Assembly: GCF_001194135.2 (NCBI RefSeq)
Contig: NC_068990.1
Location: 5,355,143 to 5,419,142 of the forward strand
DNA length: 64,000 nt
Reading direction: 5' to 3'
Source: Octopus bimaculoides
Taxonomy: Eukaryota
The position numbers and the translations under genes were made by a program. Every line of letters starts with the position of its first letter. The first letter of the stretch is position 1. The notes under the pieces are model-generated. The model searched no databases. It saw nothing but the letters and a program-made list of their open reading frames with translations, and was not told the origin of the DNA. Shown piece by piece: positions 38,180 through 51,426 of this stretch.

Positions 38180-38523
38180 TATAACATTTATGTGTATGCA
38201 TACTGCGAGTGCGTATTCATATCTATGTGTGTGTGTGTGTGTGTGTGCATGCGTGTGCACGTGCGGAGTAGATATGTTTGTGTGTTTAAGAAGTTCATTT
38301 TGCAACCGCATGCTTTTGGGTTCAGTCTCACTATGCAGTATCTTGGATGAGTATCTTCTAACATAGAAGCAATGCTTTGCGAAGGAATTTGGTAAATTTA
38401 AATTGAAAGCCCATCATACAAACATATATATATATTTATATATATGTATATATGTATGCATGTATGTATGTATACATATATCTATATCTATCTATCTATC
38501 TATCTATGTCTCTCTATGTATGC

Positions 38524-38576
<53 letters not shown>

Positions 38577-38814
38577 TATACACTCTTCTGCGTGGTTGGT
38601 GTTAGGAAGGGCATCCAGCTGTAAAAACAGTGCAAAAGTCTGGTGCAGTGTTCTGCCCGGTCAGCTCCTGTCAACCCATCCAACCCATCCAAGCATGGAA
38701 GGCAGACATTAAACAATGATGATGATAACATATAGGTATTTATGTCTGTATGTATATACACATGCACCCATATATATGTATGTGTGTGTGTGTGCATGTG
38801 TATTATGTGCATGC

Positions 38815-38869
<55 letters not shown>

Positions 38870-40119
38870 TTCAAATATATATGTATATGTATATATGCTT
38901 ATATGTATACATACACACACATATAGTCATATGTATATGCGTGTATATACCTGTTTCAGACATCTTTTGTTCAGTATATTTAATTATGTAATATCTGACA
39001 TGTTCAAATTCCATTCTCTGACATTTACATAAATAGAAAAGAAAAGGATTAATTTGCAATGGCAGTGGACTAGCAGAAACAGTAAAGTCTTCTTTTCATA
39101 AGTTATTAATCTGTTTGAGGATAGAGTGAATTATTTGAATTTCATGATCAAAGATATATCCAACAGGAGGTAACCATTGTTATTTACTCATAGATAAGGC
39201 TGTTTCATCCAATTCCTGTTGTTGCTTCATTCTCTGAAGGTGCCAAACACAGCAGAACAAGTAAATATAACAATTATTGATTTTAAAGTACTTCATTGGC
39301 TGCAGTATTAAACCATTTCATTTATTTACCCGGGTTGTTTGAGAAGGTTTATGGATGCATTAATTGAGAACCAGACAACAAGGCAATTATTTGGTAATTT
39401 TTATCCTATCACCAACATGATATTGTAGTCACTAGCAAGATATTTACTTTTTAGTTGCTGTGTCAACTTAAATTTGAGTAGATACATTAATTTGGTATAA
39501 TTCAGGAATACTACCTGTGTTTCTATAGCTTAGTAGTGAATCATTTCATCTATTTATCTCTAGGGCTTACATACAGCTAAGTAGACTGGACTTTTGGGGC
39601 AGGATTATGGTTGAATCAAGAGGGAAGCAGTTAACCAACCAAGTATTTCATGATTTTTATTTTACCACCACTACCACCACTACCACCACTACCAACAACA
39701 ACAACACTGTACTGTGCAGGTGGCAAATTATTTAACACAGAGTGGTATAATATATTAAGGCAGTGGTTGTAGTGTGGGATTCGTGTGCACCATGTTTTTT
39801 GGCATACATGTCAACACAGTGTAAACATGTAGTGTAAACAATCAAACATTGTCACTATCTTTCTGTCTTGGTATATAAGTTAACCTGTGTTGTTTGGCCT
39901 GAAAATTTTGGTCTGAAAATTTCAAATTGTATGCCAGAAAATACAATAATTTGCTGGCTTGAGTTCAGTTACTAATATAAGGAATACATCAGAGATCTAC
40001 CCAAGGGCAGATTGATCTCTCAATTTCTTGATGTATTGGATTTCAGAAATAAAGACCTGTAGGATTTTGAAAATTACTTCACAAGACAGTTGAGAGTTAA
40101 TAATTTTGATTATTGAGTA

Positions 40120-40456
40120 AGGCCACCCTTTGGTCATGAATGACCATGGGATTGCACCTAGAATATTCCCCTCCAAGGCACAAGTCCGAACAAAAGTTGT
40201 TTATGGAAGACCAGCAGTCACCCTAACATAGCAGCCTCTCCTCTCCGTGCCACCAATGTTATCCAAAGTTAAGGCAAAGGCCAATACGGCTTGGCACCAG
40301 TGATGTCACAACTCATTTCTACAGTTTAGTGAACTGGAGCAGCATGAAATAAAGTGTGTTGCTCAAGAACACAACACAACAGCCTGGTCTGGGAATCGAA
40401 CTCACTACCTCATGATTGTGAGCCAAACACTCTAACCACTGAGCCATGTACCTTCC
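40120..40456 (-). mobile_element. tRNA-derived SINE family C
   Basis: The plus strand shows the reverse of a tRNA head (gggaatcgaactcac...ctctaaccactgagccatg). A related copy lies at 60010-60185. Confidence 0.75.
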
Positions 40457-40800
40457 ATCGGTTATCAACACTATCAAGATACAAATCTCTAAGCTGTCAA
40501 ATCATTATTGGATAATTATTGATAAATTATCTATTGAATTCAGACCTAAATACTAAATACTTAAGAATACTTTAAGTCTAAATTCTTAAGAAAATTTGCT
40601 TTTTGTCCCTCTTTATTTTTATTTAATCTCTTTGTTGACCAAGTCACTACTTTCCATTTAGTATATCTGAAGTTCAATGAAATAGGTGTCTATAAGTTAC
40701 TTCATCCTGTTGTCATTGTTGATATTATGTTGATATTTTACATCTTTATTTCATTTTAATATGTTAGAAATACTGCAGCTGTTTGCCTGCAACACAATCT

Positions 40801-40923
40801 CATTGCAGCCTCCTTTGTTTGATGGCTGCAATTTTATTTTGTTTGGAAACATTAAAATCTCAGCTATTCATGTTTTCAAAGCAAAAATAAAATTCCACCC
40901 ATCAAGCAAAGGAGGCTGCAATG
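40801..40923. repeat. 123-bp imperfect hairpin
   Basis: cattgcagcctcctttgtttgatgg / ccatcaagcaaaggaggctgcaatg, with further pairing inward. Confidence 0.8.
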
Positions 40924-42194
40924 GGAATGCATAGTGTTCAAGTGGTTTCAATAATTATAACATGTGAAAACTGAAATGAGCCATGAATTCCACAATAGTG
41001 CTATGCCATGATTATAATCAAAGCACTTAACACCCAAATGCTGAATCTGTATAACTATGAATTGACAAAACCATGCGGTATAGTTCACCCATGAACAGAT
41101 TCAGTGTAATTGACAATCTAAGCACAGCCCAAGGAATCTTGAATTTTCTTTCTCTAACAAGTAAAGCATTAAAACATTCATTATGTGATGAATTTTAAAG
41201 AAACAATTAAAAATTCAGTTTTTACTCCAGGCTGTCTTTAAAGAAATACCCCACAACTATGTTCAGTATAACTAATGTATTTTTAATTTTATTTATCTAA
41301 CACTAAATAACAGAAAGTAATATAGGAAGATTATTTACATATAACCAAAGCAACAGGGAAAAATTGCAAATTTTTTGAACACTTATTTGTTGAATACTAG
41401 TTGAGCTGCAGAATTCACTTCATTGTAAACTTAGAACTTGCAAAAGCTCTGTGATGCTTCCTTCTCTTGGCGTTTTAAGCATGTACTCACTCTGCTGAAT
41501 GGTTAATTTAGGTTTACTAACCACTATAAGCTACTGCAATACCATAAAATTTGACTAGTGATTTCTGAGCTTGCATCACCACCACCATCATCATCATCTG
41601 CAGCAGCAGCATCACTGCCACCATCAACACCATTGCTGCCTCAACAGCAATATCGTTACAGCAGTTGCAATAGCATTTGCTTTTCCATGTAGTGTTAAAT
41701 TGGATAGTTTCCTTGAGGCAGTGATTTATGGCAGAATGCTCTTCCTATTGTCATCCCTTTTAGCCCCTTCTTACATCACAGAGGAATGCCTCCTTCTCTA
41801 AAGCTTTCATCACAATGCAGTGTGCAAATTTTCTTTGCTCAGATCACTGATAATCCATTCTTATAAAAAGGAAAAAATTTGCTGTGCTTGAAAAGACATG
41901 TCAATCTAAGTGAAATCATAGCCATGGCCAGGGCTAGTGCTAGTGACACATAAGAGGAACCTGTACCGGTGACGCATAAAAGCCACCCATACCAGAGACA
42001 CCTAAAAGGCACCTGTGCTGGTGGCACATAAAAGGCACTTGTGCTGGTGGCTCATAAAAGGCACCTGGTACACTCTGTGGAGTGGTTGGAATTAGGAAGG
42101 GTATCCACCTGTAGAAACCAAGCCAAAACAGATTGGAGCCTGGTGCAGATCTCCAGCTTACCAATACTAGTTAAACTATCGTACCAGCATGGAA

Positions 42195-42227
<33 letters not shown>

Positions 42228-44384
42228 TTGGTAGTGGTGAGGACGACGATGATGATGATTGGATCTCTGTTGTTTTCTATGATGAGTATTCATTTGTTCA
42301 ATCAACTGAACTACCTGCATTTGAATGACTGAACATTCCATTGATATGTGCATTCCCAAAATAATTGTCTGATAGAATCAACATAACAGTGTGACAAAAC
42401 TAAGCTTTAAAATTATAGGTACAATTCATCAGTAAGGCTCTCATTATCTTTGTTTACCCAGATTCATTCACAAGCCTTGGGTAGAACTGAAGCTGTGACA
42501 ACAAACACCTGTAGAAATTGCCCTGCAGTAGAAATGAACCCAGAACTTTGTGATTGTTGTTCAAACTTCTTAAACATTCAGCTATGCAGTGTCCATATAT
42601 TTATATGTGTAAATGTTTTGAAATGTAAAGATGTTACTGTTTAACAAAATATGTGTTGAATACTTGATTCCAGCATTTAAAGTTAGAAATATTGATTTTT
42701 ACAAACACACACTTGTATGGGAAGAATATAATCAAATAATATGTAGGTGGTAGTTGGTTTAGTAACTTACATGTAATAAAAGACAAAATCGACTCTGGCA
42801 GATTTTGAGTTGAAAAATTCAGAGATCAAATGCTGTAAAAAAAAAAGAAGAAGAAAAAAAGACTTACACCAGTATTCTGTCATTTCAAATACTCCACTAC
42901 ATTCCTTAAACTCCCTAAACTATAAGACAGATTTGGCATAGCTTTTAAAATGTGTATCAATATAAGAAAGAACAAATAGTTTCAAAATAGATTCATTGAA
43001 TTACTTCCCTAGTTTGCTCAGGATCATGTAAACATAAATTGAAAAACTCTTTTGAAATATATTTTTTTAAATATACATCACTTCTCAATGTATAGTTAGA
43101 TTTGGCCTGTTATTATAATTAACCTATAAACCATTTATTTCTTTAAAGCAACTGAATTTAATTTTTTTTCTTTTGTCAAGCAGTTTAATGTTTAGCATAA
43201 AATGTTTGCTAACACATGCATAAACATCACTTCAAAGGAACACATTTGTGTTTTTTTATTCTTTACACCACAAATAATTTCAAATTTTAAATTTGCCAAA
43301 AGGTTCATTTGATTGGCAGCTCATTTTAGCATTATGTGGCTGACAGATAAAATTACCATGAATTAATCTCTGTGAAGTGGAATTCCCTATGTTTTGGTAC
43401 CTATTTACAATAGGTGGGTGATAGGTGATGTGAAATATGTTGGGTAAAATGTCCTGCTTTGCATGGGAACAATATATTTTGCAATAGATGTGCAATACTT
43501 GCTGTACTGCGCTCCTGTCAAATCCAAGACTTGCTGGAAAAACAGACATCAAATGATGATAAGGATTGATGACAATGAACATAGTGATGGTGTTGTTGTA
43601 CCATAACACATGCTCACACACAGCAGACACTCACACACACACACACACACACACATGTAAGAAAAGGGATGACAAGTAACTTTAGATTTTTCCTAAAGGC
43701 CTGACTATCAATCTATGTAGAATATTAGAAATAAGGCCTGCAAATATGCTTCAGAGAATGTATAAACTGAAACACATTGCAAGAAGAAACATGCAGTATT
43801 AGAATATGAAAAAAAGGTAGAAAAGAACAAATGGGAAGTTCATGCTTTTTGATCATCAATAAAAAAATATATATGCATATACATACACAAACATATACAT
43901 ACATATACATATATATACACACCTGTGTATAGTTATACACACTTACACATACAAACACACATATTTTAATTCAATTTTGAATTTGCAGTAATCCCTCAGG
44001 TGTTATATTCCAAAACTTCCCACAGAAATAATTAAAATCTAAAAAAATATAAGTACCTATCGGCTGCAAAAACCTGAATATACAGAGGAGTTCACGATAT
44101 AAATTTACATATATTAGCCAGAAATATCCACGATGTACTGAGTGCATGGTAAGTGAACAGCAGTGTACCAAGTGCATAATAGGTGAACCGCAACGCAGCA
44201 AGGGATTACTGTACTTTGCAAAAAATTCAAATTGAAACTAATATTATGTTTTAGAAAACTCATAGCAGTATAAAATAAATTAATTAGATAAATTAGTTTA
44301 CTACACAATGCTTTTTTGATAATTCAAAATGTAAAGGATACTTTTTGTTAATCATACAAATTAACCTCACTAGGTTAAGTAAAT

Positions 44385-44680
44385 GTGGAGGCGCAATGGC
44401 CCAGTGGTTAGGACAGCTGACTCGCAGTTGGAGGATCGCGGTTTCGATTCTCAGACCGGGTGTTGTGTGTGTTTATTGAGCGAAGACACCTAAAGCTCCA
44501 CGAGGCTCTGGCAGGGAGTGGTGGCGACCCTTGTTGTACTCTTTCTCTCACTCTTTCATCCTGTTTCTTGAATAATGCTGCGATGGACTGGCATCCCGTC
44601 CAGCTGGGGGGAACGCATATGCCATAGAAACTGGGAAACCAGGCCCATGAGCCTGGCTAGGTCTTAAAAAGGGCACATAA
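44385..44680 (+). mobile_element. tRNA-derived SINE with visible A and B boxes
   Basis: ggcgcaatggcccagtggttagg...ggtttcgattctcagaccggg followed by a conserved body. Confidence 0.8.
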
Positions 44681-44929
44681 ATAAATAAAGGTTAAGTGAA
44701 CATGAAGGTTACACTATACATTTTATCTCTGTGGGCAAAAGAAATGTGGAGTAAGATGACTAGTTTTTAGTTTTCTTAGATATTCATCAGTGAAAGAATC
44801 AATGTTCTGTTCAGGGATTGATTAGTAACTTATCACTTTATATCAGGTATGTAAATTAAAAGTCAGAGAAACTTCATGTTGTACACTATGAGTGAATAAG
44901 GGTTTCTATAACATTGATTTCAAATTTTG

Positions 44930-45965
44930 GCACAAGGCCAGCAAGTTTAGGGGAGTGGGTAAGTTGATTACATCAACCCCAGGACTCAAATGGTACTAAT
45001 TTTATTGACCTCAAAAGGATGGAAGGCTTAGTCGACCCCAGCAGAATTTGAAGTCAGAACATAAAAATGGCCAAAATGCCACTCTACTGGTATCTATAAA
45101 TATATTAGATTTTAATGGTACAGATGAGTAATTTCAGTTTAGATAAGTTTTTGCAATATTAGATTTAACATTGAATGATAGCAGGTATGTCAACCATATA
45201 ACATTGTGGTGTGTTTCCTTAGTTTTGTGGTAATGTTTATGGGATTAGATAATGTAATATTGAAAGTTAGTAATGTGTTAGAATAGTAGGGGTCTGCATT
45301 ATCAATGATTTTCTTATTGGACAACAGATGGGAAGTCCTTCTATCAGTATTATTAATGAAGTTGTGGTGAGCTGGCAGAAATGTTAGCATATGCTGGGCA
45401 AAATGCTTAGCAGTATTTCGTCTGTCTTTATGTTCTGAGTTCAAATTCCACTGAGGTCGACTTTGCTTTTTATCAGGGTCAATAAATTAAGTACCAGTTG
45501 TGTACTGGGGTTGATCTAATCAACTGGCCCCCTCCTCAAAAATTTCAGGCTTTGTGCCTAGAGCAGAAAAGAATATTATTGATGAAGTTCCTAAAAACTA
45601 GTTGATCGAAATGAAACAACATTAATGTAAATGAGCAGCAAAGGCAGTGAGCCGGCAGAATCGTTAGCACACAGAGCAAAATGCTTAGTGGCATTTCGTC
45701 TGTCTTTACATTCTGAGTTCAAATTTCACTGAGGTTGACTTTGCATGTCGTCCTTTTGAGATCAATAAAATAAGTGCCAGGTGAAATTTCAGGGGAGGGA
45801 CCAGTTGATTAAATGTACCCCAGTACACAACTGGTACTTAATTTATCGACCCCAAAAGAAGAAAGGCAAAGTCAACCTCGGTGGAATTTAAACTCAGAAA
45901 GTAAAGACAGACAAAATACCACCAAGAATTTTGCCCAGTGTGCTAATGTTTCTGCCATCTCTCCA
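44930..45965. mobile_element. Cluster of four family A SINEs in -,+,+,- orientation
   Basis: Copies at about 44930-45080 (-), 45365-45575 (+), 45640-45780 (+) and 45790-45965 (-). Confidence 0.75.
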
Positions 45966-47044
45966 CCTTTGATAGCCAATATATTAAAACACCAGAATGT
46001 ACCACAGATCATTCTGTTCCATGTTCTGTCACTTGGCTGGTACTTTACTCTTGGGAGTTGAAATTTTGATATTGTTAAGTTTATTTTTTTTCCTTATTGC
46101 CAAAGTTGATAAAATAATTACATTATCAAGACAATGATCTCACCTCCAGATGTTTGTTCTCCAGGTTAATTACCTGCATAGGACTACAACTTCTAGATAA
46201 TTCCCACTCACCTGACAATTGCTTCCTAGACCATTTCTCCCAATTAAGAGAAAGTACAACTATGAGAGTGCAAACAAATAATTAATAAAACTAATTAAGG
46301 TTTTTATATTCATGTATGTACAAATACAATAATTAATAATTACATAATTAAAAATTATATGTATTTTTAGAGATATAATTACATTAATATAAGAACATAT
46401 ATTTTTATTAAGGGATGATTTTTCTTATTGGTTAGCAGATAAAACATGAAAATAAAATTAGGATTAACTTTATTATGCATTCTTATAGTTGTGCTGTTTT
46501 AAATTTTCTTTCATTAGGAGAAATTGTTCTGGAAGAAATTATCTAAGGAAATTGTTCTAGAATCAAAATTTATGTGTTGCAATAAGATATGAAATGGATA
46601 AATGAATAAATCCCTTGATTACACTAATATTAGTTTTGAACTTAAATTCACAGCAAGCCTCTCATTATATTGATGTTATTATTGTTCTGTTTCATATCAG
46701 GCTTGTCCATCAGAACTTTGACCCAAGACTGCATTCGAAGGTGTTCCAGTCTTGATATCCTATTCTTTACCATAACTTTCCACCACCAAAATCACATTGT
46801 CCACAATACCCCACTTCCTTTTCTATTTGATATGTTATACTCTTAGGAAGATATTTAGGTAATGTCTCTAGCATGTCAAAGGGCATTTTAAAGACTCCTT
46901 CATTGACTTGCTGCTTTTTATGCTTCTTAGTAGAGAGCTTTACATATTGCACCTCTGTACACAGATTGAATACTTCGTGGGACTCATTTGGTGTTAAATA
47001 ATCTGTGTTTCCTTGATGTTCAAATCACTATTACTGTTCATCTC

Positions 47045-47250
47045 TTAAGGCAGCTAGCAGCCAGAATTGTTAGCATGCCAGGCAAAATTCTTAGCAACAT
47101 TTTGTCCTTCCTTCAGTTCTGAGTTCAAATTTCACCAAGGTCGACTTTGCCTTTCATCCTTCCAGGGTTGATAAAATAAGTACCAGTTGAGCATTTGGAT
47201 TGATGTAATCAACTTACCTCCTCCACTGAAATAGCTGGCCTTGTGCCACA
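47045..47250 (+). mobile_element. SINE family A with heavy CpG decay
   Basis: ttaaggcagctagcagccagaattgttagcatgccaggcaaa...; consensus CG positions read TG or CA. Confidence 0.75.
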
Positions 47251-50200
47251 ATTTGAGGTTTCTTAGTGAATGAAATTGAAATGTATACTATCTTTTCAAT
47301 CAATTGGATTTTTGTGAAAATTATTTGCAGTATGCAATTGCATTCACTTATGTTCTGAGTCCAAATGCAGCTAGAAGTGACTTTTATTTTTTGTGCTTCT
47401 GAGGTCAATAAAATATGTATCATATCATCCATTTACTGAGCTGAGGTTAGTCATTAATTCATTTCACCAAAGTTGTGCCTTTGAGGCTGTTAGCTCTGAT
47501 TCAACAGGCAATAACTACACCATAAAATTCAACTAAATTTCCTGCTTGATGACACCAAAGTCATGTTGAACACATGACCACATCAACTAGCAACAGAAAC
47601 ATTGCACCATTAATGTTAGCTTTGCCAAAACCCAAGGAAAAAATGATTCTATGATATTGATATTATTTTAATGAGATCTTAACTTGGGTTTTGATTCATT
47701 TCAATTCTATGCAAGGAAAATATTCCCCATGTGAAAAAATTTGAATAAGAAAAGTTTTTATATCCGAAGGTAGCATTTCAGTTTGGCCTACGATGTGATA
47801 TGATTAAAACAAGCTAAAAAACTAAAACATATATTACTAAATACACATATTTTTAGAATTATACATTTTGAGCAAATGCCTTTAGGAAACATTTCAAAAT
47901 GTTGAAAGGGTAACAAAAGAAAATTCATATTAGAAGAAACCATTTCTATGTCAACATGAACATTCTGCTTTGGATATGATGTGGTTCATTGTATGTTTGA
48001 ATTGCTTTTAAGTTTTGAAATTTTGTTTAGCTTCCTTTTAGTTTTCTTGAAGCTTTTTTCTTTTGAGGCTGTCAAGTATTTCTCTGTAGTTTTGCATGCA
48101 TTTTATATTTTGGGTAATGGATGTTGAGGTGGTTAAATCACTTCACTTCATAATTAAAAATTATTAAGGCATCATAATGTAGATAAGGGACATCTAAAAA
48201 CAAACATACTATTTACTTTTAAAAATAATCTATGATTCTACCAAAATGTTTGCCATATTTTTTTGAGGTTTTCAAATTAGATGCAGACCTTCAAATGCTT
48301 GGATTACACAAAAATGTATTGTTTTTATGAATGATTAATCTTCTTTAAGTCTAAACAGTATTATCTAGTGCCAAAGTGTTGTGCATTACATTAGAATGCT
48401 CTACATATTTCTTTCCTCAGAATAAATCTATATAGCATTAATTCATTTATTACTTGTTGAAAGTACATCGTATCACCACATAAGTAATCTTTATTTTGAG
48501 AAGATACAGAAGCTGAAATATTTCCCTTAGTAAAGTGTTGTTCCCAAAAAATAGCATTTCTATTTGCAACACATCGATTTGGGATTTGAAAACTAAGAAA
48601 TAAATTATAGAGTTATTGTATTTGAAATAGCTACAATATGACAACCTGGGGTAGGAAATAAGAACATACAAGTTTTCATATTATTATTTCTTGTGTCATT
48701 ATGTCAGATGTGTGGCTATGTGGTTAAAAAGCTTGCTTTGCAAACACATAGTTTCAGGTTAAGTGGCTTTTTTTAAACAGTAGCTCATAGCTGACCAGTA
48801 TAAGAGTCAATGGAGGAAAACTGTAAGAAGCCCATTATATGTGAATGTGTGTGTGTGTGTGTGTGCACATACAGAGGTGTGTGTGCATGTATGCATGCTA
48901 ATTTATGTCCCATGCTTGACTCTACTTAAGTGAAATAATATGGTCTCCTTGTGCTTTCATGACCAGCAGAATAAAAATATCCCTTATTTGGAAAAGAGGT
49001 AAGGGTTGACAACAGAAAACATACAAACTGTAAAATCCTACTTTAAATCAACCTAAAGCCATCCTAACATGGATATCTACCATATTTCTGTTAACTTATG
49101 CTGTCTTTGTTTCAATTAAATTTTAAAATAATGAAGAATGTAGTAAAATAACTTTCTAATTATTGAGCTGGAGACAGGAACAATTTAGCATAGAATTTTG
49201 ATAGAAGATTATAATTTAAATGACTTTGAAACAGTAAGTTTATGTCATAGAACTTGTGGTGGTCCCAGGTGACTGATACGAAAAGGGTTGAATAGTACCA
49301 ATATGTTCTGGAATCAAGTTTCACTAAGATCAGCTTACCTTTCACCTTTTAAGGTTTAATAAAACAAGTAACATTCAACTACTTAAGTTATATAACTTAC
49401 AGTGCTGCTTCCTACACACTTGTGGCATTATAGCATTATTTAAATTGTTTATATTTTCAGAAGAGGCACCAAAGAAGAATTGTTTAATCTAACTACAAAA
49501 ATCAGTATACACTGAGAACGTTTGGATCTTTTCAGAGTGAAACATAATTTATGTTTCTAACTCAATGTTACTATATTTTTAGTTACACAGAACAAACATG
49601 GCTGTATGGTTAAGAACTTCCTTCCCAACTATGTGATTTTGGGCTTAGTCCCATTGTGTAACACTTTGGGAAATGTCTTCAAACCTGAATTTAGTATGCA
49701 GAAACTGAAAGAAGCATAGCTTATATATTACATATATATAATACATATGATAGAATAAGTACCTGGCTCTTAAAAATAATGCTGGGGATGATTTGTTTGG
49801 TTAAACGCTTCAAGGCAGTGCTCCAGCATGGCTGCAGTCCAGTGACTGAAACAAGTAAAATATAAATGTTAAAAGATAAGAGATGAAGCTAAAACATATG
49901 GAATCTATTCTGCAGTCTTATAACAAAAAGCTGTGTAAGGAATTTTTGCAAGTATTAATGACTGGAGGTATTGTGTTTTACTAAACTGCTCTAAAAGTTC
50001 TGCGAAGATCACATATTCTAATTAGAAGCATTATTATGAAACGTTCCTTGATTTATCAGTCACATTGGCTGGTTATATGTCATATGAGAAGAAAATTTAT
50101 TGATGCGTTGCTTTTCTTATCTGTTCTATTTGACTACAGGAAATACATTCTGATGCACATTGCATTAATATTCAATAAGCCTCCTATTTGCGCCTGCATC

Positions 50201-50972
50201 TAAGAAATCTTTTCAAAACACTTGTGCGTACAACTGATGGCTGGATATTTCTCCTTGAATTTAATGTTAGTAAAATCTCTGCATAAAATCTACCAACCAC
50301 ATCAGTTGCTAGTGTCATTGATGTGTCACACAAATCACGAAAGAGTGAAATAACTCTGTAATACTTTATTGCTTTTGTGCTTTGTGTTCAACATTAAGCT
50401 TATCTCCGAAACATGATATGCTGAAATAATTGTATTGTTTGTTATATGCAATGAAGCTCGACAAACCTCAATTATTTGTTGAGTTCTGAGAAGAATTATA
50501 GTTTGCAAGCACGTAGATTCTATCTTGTCGGTGATATAATGTTTTGTTTATATTTTCTTATTCTTCTTGTAATTTTTAACTTTGATTCTGTTATGGTGAT
50601 CCCTCAGTAATTTGATTCAAAACTAAAGAAGACAGCATACATTCTTGTGTTGGTGTATTCACTTACATTTTTAAAATGCTTTCCTCTACTTTGCTATTAC
50701 TTCTTAGCTTTCCTTTCTCTCTTACACTTATTCTTTCTCTAGCTTTCTATATATTGATATAATTTTCTGCTGAGAGATAAATTCTTGAGTATGATTTATA
50801 TATGTGTATATGGTTATGAACCTTTGTCTCTCATCCTTTCTGTTCTCTGTCTTTCTCTTTCTCTTACTTATGGTTTATATTTCTAAGGGCTTCTCATATT
50901 GTATCTCCAGTATAGTGATATTGGTATTTAAACTGAAGTTAGTAAAAAAGAGATGCTAGAATAAATTTGAAA

Positions 50973-50976
<4 letters not shown>

Positions 50977-51028
<52 letters not shown>
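50977..51028. repeat. (GA)n microsatellite
   Basis: Directly visible. Confidence 0.95.
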
Positions 51029-51367
51029 CAGAGAGTGAAACAGAAAATGAAAATTCAAATCAAAAGATTTGTAGATATTTTAAATAAAGGCAAGTAAAAT
51101 ATTTTATATGAAGGCTAGAGAAACAAAAATTAAAGAATACAGAAAATCATATGGACATTGATACAGAAATGGAGAAACATTTAGAGAAAGAGATAAGAAA
51201 TAGCGTTAATGAGATTAAAGATAGTTAATCTGAGAAGAGAAAACAGCTATGTTTTTACACATTTATCCTCTTTTATACAGTAATATCTCTGTACTTCTGT
51301 ATCTGTCTGTTGTCTTGCGTTTACTAGTTGTGCTCTTTAGCTTTTAGTCTATTCATTTATTCATTCA

Positions 51368-51426
51368 TATAACGCTCGGGAATTGAAATGTCTTTAACAT
51401 TTCGAGCCTACGCTCTTCCACAGAAA
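51368..51426 (-). ncRNA. Degenerate type I hammerhead ribozyme motif (Penelope pLTR-derived)
   Basis: UUU-CUGUGGA-A-GAGC GUAG GCUC-GAAAUG...CGUU-AUA. Stem II is intact and the core is mutated. Confidence 0.5.
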
